Of a stretch of 32,000 nucleotides of DNA, positions 26,130 to 32,000 are shown piece by piece; within the stretch, counting starts at the first letter, position 1, and each line of letters starts with the position of its first letter. This DNA comes from Trichlorobacter lovleyi SZ (lineage in GTDB: Bacteria; Desulfobacterota; Desulfuromonadia; Geobacterales; Pseudopelobacteraceae): NCBI RefSeq assembly GCF_000020385.1, contig NC_010814.1:2970001-3002000 (forward strand), written 5' to 3'. The position numbers and the translations under genes were made by a program. A model generated the notes under the pieces. That model worked only from the letters and a program-made list of their open reading frames with translations, did no database searches and had not been told where the DNA came from.

Positions 26130-27263
26130 CTATCCTTTCACGGGTGACTGGATCAGCGGCAGCAACACGCTGATCTTGGTCCCCTGTCCCGGTTTTGAAT
26201 CTATCTTCAGCATACCGCGGTGTTCCCCGACAATCTTCTGGCAGATAGCCAGTCCCAGCCCGGTGCCGTTGTCCTTGGTCGTGAAGAACGGTGTACCGAC
26301 CTTGGCAAGATTTTCTTCCGATATCCCGGGGCCGGTGTCAGCCACTTCCACCGCCACCATACGGGAACGGTTCTCATTGCGGGCCAGGTGATACTCGGCC
26401 AGCACACGGCTGGTGACAGACAGGCGCCCCCCCTCGGGCATCGCCTCAATGGCATTACGGATCAGATTGAGAAAGACCTGGGTCAACTGGGCCTCATCTG
26501 CCATGATCGGGGGAATACTGGGGTCAAACCCGGTGGAGATGGAGACATCCCGGCTGCCGGCGGCCTCCCGTTGCAGCAGGATGATATCACCCAGTACCAT
26601 ATGCAGATTGACCGGCGTATAGCGCGGTCCCCGCGGGGATGCCAGTTCAAGCAACTGCCTGATGATCTTGTCGATCCGCTCCGCCTCTTTGATCATGACC
26701 CGCGGATATTCCAGCAGATCGCTATCATCATCCAGCTCACGTTCCAGCAGCTGGGCTGCCCCCTTAATCCCCCCCAGCGGATTCTTGACCTCGTGGGCCA
26801 GACCGGCAGCCAGAGTACCCAGGGTGGCAAGCCGGTCAGCCTGCCTGACCGCTGCCTCCAGTTCACGGATTGAGGTCAGATCACGCAGGGTCAGGACGAC
26901 GCCGATGGTTTCTCCGTCTGATCTCATCAGGGGAAAGGTGGTGGCGTTGGCCGGAATGACCCGCCCGGAGGGATTCAGAACCACATTATCCTGATCAGAA
27001 AGTGAGATGCCGCTTGCAGAGGTACGCTCTACCATTTCAACCAGCACAGGCTCTGCCTTGAAGGAATCGAGAAAGCGTGAGCCCACGACCTGACGGCGGG
27101 AACGGCCGGTCATCTCCTCGGCTGCCGGGTTCATCAGCGTGACCAACCCTTCAGCGTTGATGACGATTACCCCGTCTCCGACACTGTCAAGTACGGTGAG
27201 GGCGTATCCACTCAGGTCTGTATGCACCGTAGTATCAGACTCCTGTTTTCCTGATCTGCTCAA
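26130..27263 (-). CDS. ntrB: PAS sensor histidine kinase, NtrB-like
   Basis: PAS domain (VLDSVGDGVIVINAEGLVTLMNPAAEEMTG), H-box LAHEVKNPLGGI, N box NLIRNAIEA, G boxes DTGPGI and GTGLGLAI. The start is uncertain: TTG 27263 overlaps dusB by 29 nt, and GTG 27227 lies 12 nt after AGGAG. Confidence 0.85.
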   Translation of the reverse strand: MSRSGKQESDTTVHTDLSGYALTVLDSVGDGVIVINAEGLVTLMNPAAEEMTGRSRRQVVGSRFLDSFKAEPVLVEMVERTSASGISLSDQDNVVLNPSGRVIPANATTFPLMRSDGETIGVVLTLRDLTSIRELEAAVRQADRLATLGTLAAGLAHEVKNPLGGIKGAAQLLERELDDDSDLLEYPRVMIKEAERIDKIIRQLLELASPRGPRYTPVNLHMVLGDIILLQREAAGSRDVSISTGFDPSIPPIMADEAQLTQVFLNLIRNAIEAMPEGGRLSVTSRVLAEYHLARNENRSRMVAVEVADTGPGISEENLAKVGTPFFTTKDNGTGLGLAICQKIVGEHRGMLKIDSKPGQGTKISVLLPLIQSPVKG

Positions 27264-28212
27264 TCACGTCCAGCAATTCATTCATGTTACGGGCCGTGTT
27301 GACGGTTCTGCGCAAGGCGGCCGCTCCAGGCACACCATGAATATACCATCCCAGATGCTTCTTCATCTCCCGCACCGCAACCGATTCACCGGCGTAGTCA
27401 GTGAACAGGGCAAGGTGCTGTTCAGCCATCGCCATTCGATCGGCACAGGATACCGGCGTAACCGGCCTTCCCTCCAACAGCTCGCAGGTCTGGCTGAAAA
27501 TCCAGGGGTTGCCCAATGCCCCACGGGCCACCATCAGACCGTCACAACCGGTCTCTGACAGCATCCTCCGGCAATCCTGCGGGGTAAACAGATCTCCACT
27601 GCCGATCACGGGTATCTTCACCAGTTGCTTTAACTGTCCAATCTGTTGCCAGTCGGCCTGCCCGTTGAACATCTGGGCCCGGCTGCGGGGATGCAGGGTG
27701 ATAGCGTCACACCCTTCCGCCTCGGCAATCCGCCCCACCTCTTGCCAGGTATCATCGCCGCACTGCCAGCCGCTGCGGATCTTGATTGTCAGAGGCAGAT
27801 TTGTAGTCCTGCGTACAGATCTGACAATTTCTGCTATCCGCGCCGTATCCTGCAGCAAGGCAGACCCGGCGCCGGTACCAACCACCTTGCGTACGGGGCA
27901 GCCCATATTGATATCAATAAGATCTGCGTTATCCTTAACCATACTGGCGGCTTGGGCCAGTAATTCAGGGGCGTTCCCAAACAGCTGGACCCCCAGCGGA
28001 CGATCATCTGGAGAGCTTGACAGCAAGGCCAGCGTCTTTTCACCTTCACGAACCATGCCGTTGACGCTGATCATTTCAGTAAAGGCCAGGCAGGCCCCTG
28101 CCTGCCTGCAGATAAGCCTGAAAACATGGTTGGTAATGCCTGCAAGCGGGGCAAGTAACAGATTATGCGGCAGTGTCAGACTGCCAATTTTGAGAGGACG
28201 AAGCAATGACAC
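27235..28212 (-). CDS. dusB: tRNA-dihydrouridine synthase B (NifR3 family)
   Basis: LAPLAGITNHVFR, DINMGCPVRKV (catalytic Cys region), ITLHPRSR, and a DusB-type helical C-terminus. The start is set at GTG 28212, which has AGGAG 6 nt upstream. The TTG at 28218 from the ORF track abuts the SD. Confidence 0.88.
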   Translation of the reverse strand: MSLLRPLKIGSLTLPHNLLLAPLAGITNHVFRLICRQAGACLAFTEMISVNGMVREGEKTLALLSSSPDDRPLGVQLFGNAPELLAQAASMVKDNADLIDINMGCPVRKVVGTGAGSALLQDTARIAEIVRSVRRTTNLPLTIKIRSGWQCGDDTWQEVGRIAEAEGCDAITLHPRSRAQMFNGQADWQQIGQLKQLVKIPVIGSGDLFTPQDCRRMLSETGCDGLMVARGALGNPWIFSQTCELLEGRPVTPVSCADRMAMAEQHLALFTDYAGESVAVREMKKHLGWYIHGVPGAAALRRTVNTARNMNELLDVIEQIRKTGV

Positions 28213-28374
28213 CGGCAACTCCTGACTATATTTTAATCATGTGTGATTATTTTTTACGCACATTAGTACACCGCCGCCAGTGTGCAAACAACTCATTTTT
28301 TTGTTGCCTTGCAACAACGAATAACGCTTTAATAGGTCAGTCACTACAAGACCTGTATCCAGGAGAATATCATC

Positions 28375-28641
28375 ATGTTTGGAATCGGCATGCCGGAACT
28401 GATTGTCATAATGGTCATCGCACTGATCGTGATCGGCCCCAACAAACTGCCTGAACTTGCCAAATCCCTGGGCAAGGGACTGGCAGAGTTCAAGAAGGCC
28501 TCAGAAGACTTCCAGCGGAACATACAGGAAGAGGCCCGCAAGGTAGAGGTACAGGAATCCGAAAAAAAAGCGGAGGCTGCCTCTGATACCCAACAGCAGG
28601 AAGCAACCGCCAAACCAGATGAAAGCAAAAAGCCTGCCTGA
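28375..28641 (+). CDS. tatA: Twin-arginine translocase subunit TatA/E
   Basis: MFGIGMPELIVIMVIALIVIGPNKLPELAKSLGKGLAEFKKA is the canonical TatA TM helix plus amphipathic helix (FG hinge), followed by an acidic/charged tail. AGGAGA lies 9 nt upstream. Confidence 0.9.
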   Translation: MFGIGMPELIVIMVIALIVIGPNKLPELAKSLGKGLAEFKKASEDFQRNIQEEARKVEVQESEKKAEAASDTQQQEATAKPDESKKPA

Positions 28642-28662
28642 TTTTTGGTCAACATCACGCTA

Positions 28663-28704
28663 AACGCAGAAAAGGCCGGGAAAATACCCGGCCTTTTCTG
28701 CGTT
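28663..28704. terminator. Bidirectional rho-independent terminator between tatA and hsp20
   Basis: A perfect 18-bp inverted repeat AACGCAGAAAAGGCCGGG / CCCGGCCTTTTCTGCGTT with a 6-nt loop. The GC core is followed by TTTTCTGCG in both orientations. Confidence 0.85.
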
Positions 28705-28737
28705 ACAGAGTTCATCGTCATGTTGCAGATACGGCTA

Positions 28738-29187
28738 TTATTTGACCTCAACATTGATCTGCTTCGGCTTGACCTCTTCCTTTTTGGGCAGCGTCACGGT
28801 TAAAACTCCTTTTTCGCAACTGGCTGCAACTTTTTCCTGCTCTACCGTGGCAGGCAGTTTGAAGCTGCGCTGAAAGGAGCCGAAATAACGCTCAATCCGA
28901 TGGTAGTTCTCCTTCTTGACCTCACTCTCGTGCTTGCGCTCACCCTTGATGGTCAACAGGTTATCTTCAATCCGGACATCGATATCTTTTTGATCCACAT
29001 CAGGCAGCTCTGCCTTGATCACAATTGAATCTGCAGTCTCATAGATGTCCACCGCCGGTTGCCAGATCCCCTCTTTGATATCTTCCCCCGGATACTCACC
29101 ACCTCCCCAGGAGAGATTCAGCAGACGGTCCATCTGGTCCTGCATGCTGCGCAGCTCACGTAACGGGTTGTACTTGACGAGTGCCAT
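28738..29187 (-). CDS. Small heat-shock protein, Hsp20/alpha-crystallin family
   Basis: Alpha-crystallin domain: PAVDIYETADSIVIKAELPDVDQKDIDVRIEDNLLTIKGER...ERYFGSFQRSFKLP...GVLTVTLPK. The start is set at ATG 29187 (MALVKYNP...), 9 nt after AAGGAGG. The ATG at 29196 abuts the SD. Confidence 0.9.
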   Translation of the reverse strand: MALVKYNPLRELRSMQDQMDRLLNLSWGGGEYPGEDIKEGIWQPAVDIYETADSIVIKAELPDVDQKDIDVRIEDNLLTIKGERKHESEVKKENYHRIERYFGSFQRSFKLPATVEQEKVAASCEKGVLTVTLPKKEEVKPKQINVEVK

Positions 29188-29235
29188 GACTTTCATCCTC
29201 CTTCATTTTAAAAACTATGACTGCCTTCTGTCCAA

Positions 29236-29263
29236 AAGATAAGCACGGTTTTTCAGCTGTCAA
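29236..29263 (-). promoter_or_regulatory. Promoter-like element upstream of hsp20 (sigma70 / possibly sigma32-like)
   Basis: On the minus strand: CCCCCTTGACA (-35 TTGACA at 29263-29258), a 16-nt spacer, then TATCTT (29241-29236). The -35 overlaps the hoxH stop codon (29260-29262). Confidence 0.45.
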
Positions 29264-30708
29264 GGGGGGTGTGAAGAACGTTCCAGACGTTGGATAAGTC
29301 GGCCATCCGGGCTGTACAGCTCCAGCTGCATCGGCATTCTGCCTACGGCATGGGTAGAGCAGGAAAGACAGGGGTCATAACAGCGGATACCATGTTCCAC
29401 CCGGTTTAAGAGCCCTTCATCCAGCCTGCTGCCGGAGAGATACTTCTTGGCAATCTGCAGCACGGTGCGGTTCATGGCCAGATTGTTCTGACCGGTGGCG
29501 ATGATCAGGTTAATGTAGGAGAGCAGGCCGTCATCATCCACATGATATTCGTGGAACAGCACCCCCCGGGGTGCTTCCACCACACCGATCCCGATCCGGT
29601 TGTTGGTGCGGGCGTGACTGCGCACATGGCTGTCCAGCAGGTGCGGATCATTCAGCAGTTCGCCGATCCGTTCCAGACAGTAGAGCAGTTCGATCAAACG
29701 GGCCTGGTGATAGTAGAAGCTGCCCAGCACCGGGCCGCCTCCTTCCCTGAACTGGCGGAACCGCCGTAATTCCTGCTCTGCCAGGGGAGTTCCGGCATAA
29801 TCAGCCAGATTCAGGCGGGCCAACGGACCAACCCGGTACATGCCGGCCTCACCTTCATGACCACGGGGCTTGTAATAGGGGAACTTCAGATAGCTCCAGC
29901 TCTGCTCTGCCTCACCGATGAACTCGGCATAACGGGATGGATCAAGATCACCCTCAAGATTTCTGCCGTCGGCATCAATCAGCCGCAACTTGCCATCGTA
30001 CTGCTCCAGCCCGCCATCTGGCGAGACCAGCCCCAGAAACAGGCTGGGGAAGCTGCCGTAGCAATCAGCCTCCTCAGACAGACGTTGCAGGGCGTCGTAG
30101 CCAAGGGCCAGAGCTTTTTTTGCGGTTGCCAGTGCCTCAGGCAGCCGGGCTGCAATCCAGTCCCGCTTGTCTGCTGTCAGCGGCTCCCGTACTCCGCCGG
30201 AGACCGCCCAGGCCGGATGCACAGCACGATCACCCAGCAGGCGGATAACCTCTTGCCCAAACTGCCGTAATCGTATGCCCTGCCTGGCAAGATCAGGTTG
30301 CGCCTCAATCAGCCCCATCAGGTTGCGCTTGGCCGGATCACTCTCCATCCCCAACAGCAGGTCAGGGCCGGAGAGCAGGAAAAAACTCAAGGCGTGACTC
30401 TGTACCAGCTGGGCATAGTGCATCAGACGCCGCAGTTTCTCGGCCGTTGGTGGTATGTTAACCCCTTTGAGCATATCACCGGCCTTGGCCGAGGCCAGGG
30501 CATGGCTGACCGGACAGATACCGCAGATCCGCTCGGTAATGGAGGGCATCTCGCGGTAGCTGCGCCCCAGACAGAATTTCTCAAAGCCGCGGAACTCGGT
30601 AACATGGAAACGGGCATCAGCCACTTCACCAGCGTCGTTAAGCTGAATGGTGATCTTGGCGTGGCCTTCGATCCGGGTAACCGGCGCTATGGTAATGGTC
30701 TTTGACAT
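29260..30708 (-). CDS. hoxH: [NiFe] hydrogenase large subunit, group 3d (bidirectional NAD-linked Hox type)
   Basis: The N-terminal motif is [10 protein letters not shown]. The C-terminal motif DPCLSCSTH is followed by a ~25-aa extension, the maturation-protease substrate. The start is set at ATG 30708 ([16 protein letters not shown]...), 4 nt after the hoxY stop. The ORF-track start at 30738 would overlap hoxY. Confidence 0.9.
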   Translation of the reverse strand: MSKTITIAPVTRIEGHAKITIQLNDAGEVADARFHVTEFRGFEKFCLGRSYREMPSITERICGICPVSHALASAKAGDMLKGVNIPPTAEKLRRLMHYAQLVQSHALSFFLLSGPDLLLGMESDPAKRNLMGLIEAQPDLARQGIRLRQFGQEVIRLLGDRAVHPAWAVSGGVREPLTADKRDWIAARLPEALATAKKALALGYDALQRLSEEADCYGSFPSLFLGLVSPDGGLEQYDGKLRLIDADGRNLEGDLDPSRYAEFIGEAEQSWSYLKFPYYKPRGHEGEAGMYRVGPLARLNLADYAGTPLAEQELRRFRQFREGGGPVLGSFYYHQARLIELLYCLERIGELLNDPHLLDSHVRSHARTNNRIGIGVVEAPRGVLFHEYHVDDDGLLSYINLIIATGQNNLAMNRTVLQIAKKYLSGSRLDEGLLNRVEHGIRCYDPCLSCSTHAVGRMPMQLELYSPDGRLIQRLERSSHPP

Positions 30709-30712
30709 AGGC

Positions 30713-31252
30713 TTACCCAAAGCTCCTCTGTTCTTCACTCAACTCCACCGCTTCCCCCTTCAACAGGGCGGTCAACGCCGCCAGAATCCGCTCCGGATCA
30801 GGAGGGCAGCCGGGGATATAGGCATCCACCTCCACCACCTGATGCAGCGGCAGTACCCGCGGCAGCAGTTCCGGCAGCACCTGATCCGCTTCATCACTGC
30901 GTGGCGCGCTGCCGGGACCGGCATGGTAGACCGCTGTCAACAGATCATCCACACTGAAGAAATTGCGTAAACTGGTTACATTGCCGGTAATGGCACAGTC
31001 GCCAAAACTGATCAGTAGTTTTGATCGGTTACGAATCTGCTGCAGCAGTTCAAGGTTCTCAAAGTTGGCCACGGCTCCTTCAATCAGGGCCACATCCACC
31101 CCTTCCGGAAACTCCTTGGCATCCACCAGCGGACCATAGACCAGTTCAAGTGCGTCAGCCATGGCAACCAGCTGCTCCCCCAAGTCCAGAAAGCTCATAT
31201 GGCAGCCGGAGCAGCCCCCCAGCCAGGCTGTTGCCAGACGCAACCGGCTCAT
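30713..31252 (-). CDS. hoxY: [NiFe] hydrogenase small subunit, Hox type
   Basis: The 179-aa protein carries [18 protein letters not shown] and PGCPP, the proximal 4Fe-4S cluster ligands. This short small subunit is typical of group 3 enzymes. There is an ATGA overlap with hoxU. Confidence 0.88.
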   Translation of the reverse strand: MSRLRLATAWLGGCSGCHMSFLDLGEQLVAMADALELVYGPLVDAKEFPEGVDVALIEGAVANFENLELLQQIRNRSKLLISFGDCAITGNVTSLRNFFSVDDLLTAVYHAGPGSAPRSDEADQVLPELLPRVLPLHQVVEVDAYIPGCPPDPERILAALTALLKGEAVELSEEQRSFG

Positions 31253-31971
31253 GGCGTACCCCCTTGGGCTGCCAGCCGCCGCCGCTCCAGAATCCGGTTC
31301 AGGAAACTGCGCTCCTTCTTCATCTCACCTACCGTGGCCCCTTTCTTGAACAGGGCGCCGGTGGGGCAGAGCTGGACACATTTGCCGCAGTCAGTACAAC
31401 TGGTGCTGGTACCCCAGGGACGATCCAGGTCTGCCACGATCCTGCTGGTGGAGCCGCGTCCCCGCACATCCCAGGTATGGGCGCCTTCCACGGCATCGCA
31501 GACCCGCACGCAGCGCAGGCAGAGCACACAACGGTTGTGGTCCAGGGCAAACCGCTCGCGGCTGGCATCCATCGGCAGTTGCTGATGCAGGTAGTCAAAG
31601 CGGACATGGTCGATCCCCAGTCGGGCAGCCAGGATCTGCAGCTCGCAGTTGTTGTTCTGCACGCAGATGGAACAGGTATGGGTCCGCTCCGCCAACAGCA
31701 GCTCCACCAGCATCTTGCGGTATTCCACAAGCTTGTCGCTGTGGGTGATCACCACCATCCCCTCAGCCGCCCTGGTGACGCATGAGGGAACCGGGCGCGA
31801 AGTCCCCTGCAGTTCCACCAGACAAAGGCGGCAGCCCCCCATCGCCTCAAGGCCATCCAGGTGGCAGAGGGTGGGAATCTCGATCCCGTGCTCACGGGCC
31901 ACTTCAAGCAGGGTCTGCCCCTGACGGGCAGAGACCAGGTCATTATTGATGGTCAGGGTTATGGCCGGCAT
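31249..31971 (-). CDS. hoxU: Hox diaphorase iron-sulfur subunit (NuoG-N-terminal-like; 2Fe-2S plus 4Fe-4S clusters)
   Basis: The N-terminal 2Fe-2S ferredoxin fold has CHLDG...GGCRLCLVE...C. It is followed by [23 protein letters not shown] and [15 protein letters not shown] motifs. At 240 aa it sits immediately upstream of hoxY-hoxH. Confidence 0.88.
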   Translation of the reverse strand: MPAITLTINNDLVSARQGQTLLEVAREHGIEIPTLCHLDGLEAMGGCRLCLVELQGTSRPVPSCVTRAAEGMVVITHSDKLVEYRKMLVELLLAERTHTCSICVQNNNCELQILAARLGIDHVRFDYLHQQLPMDASRERFALDHNRCVLCLRCVRVCDAVEGAHTWDVRGRGSTSRIVADLDRPWGTSTSCTDCGKCVQLCPTGALFKKGATVGEMKKERSFLNRILERRRLAAQGGTP

Positions 31972-32000
31972 CAGTATCCCTCCCCGTCACAGCGCAGTGC
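31971..32000 (-). CDS. 3' end (9 codons) of an upstream gene, position consistent with hoxF
   Basis: The frame is open from the window edge (..ALRCDGEGY*). Its TGA shares one base with the hoxU ATG (TGATG). The identity as hoxF rests only on the usual hoxEFUYH order. Confidence 0.3.
   Translation of the reverse strand, partial: ALRCDGEGY

Overview
This is a gene-dense chromosomal segment, with hand-sampled GC mostly 55-63%. I call 27 complete CDS, one 9-codon CDS fragment at the right edge, one tRNA-Thr(CGU), seven hairpin terminators and four promoter-like sites.

Gene content, left to right:
- An ECF-type Co/Ni importer (cbiM-PDGLE fusion, cbiQ, cbiO).
- A SIR2-family deacylase overlapping the 3' end of a periplasmic-sensor PAS-GGDEF-EAL gene.
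- A self-contained bicistron of PATAN(DUF4388)-Roadblock and Roadblock-plus-unknown-domain proteins.
- tRNA-Thr.
- gabD, followed 6 nt later by a dCache-HAMP-PAS-GGDEF-EAL gene.
- A minus-strand run of acyltransferase, rnhA, a 517-aa unknown helical protein and an MCP.
- A tightly overlapped plus-strand operon: EAL-HDOD, a stand-alone GGQ release-factor-domain protein, MutS2, a small HNH nuclease and a HAD phosphatase.
- A low-GC PilJ-PAS-PAS-GGDEF diguanylate cyclase gene.
- dusB(nifR3)-ntrB-ntrC, tatA, hsp20 and hoxU-hoxY-hoxH (group 3d NiFe hydrogenase).

The gene content resembles a Geobacter/Desulfuromonas-type deltaproteobacterium, but that is an inference only.

I saw no CRISPR array, transposase, integrase, prophage or recognisable defence genes, and most of the window looks like ordinary core genome.

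The observations most worth a second look are:
1. The GGQ-domain protein translationally coupled to MutS2 and followed by an HNH nuclease. This could be an RqcH-independent ribosome-rescue module.
2. The GTPase-less PATAN/Roadblock pair with an unassigned C-terminal domain.
3. gabD coupled to a dCache c-di-GMP phosphodiesterase.
4. The unknown 517-aa protein embedded between rnhA and an MCP.
5. The compositionally atypical diguanylate cyclase gene.

All functional calls come from motif recognition by eye; no database search was run.
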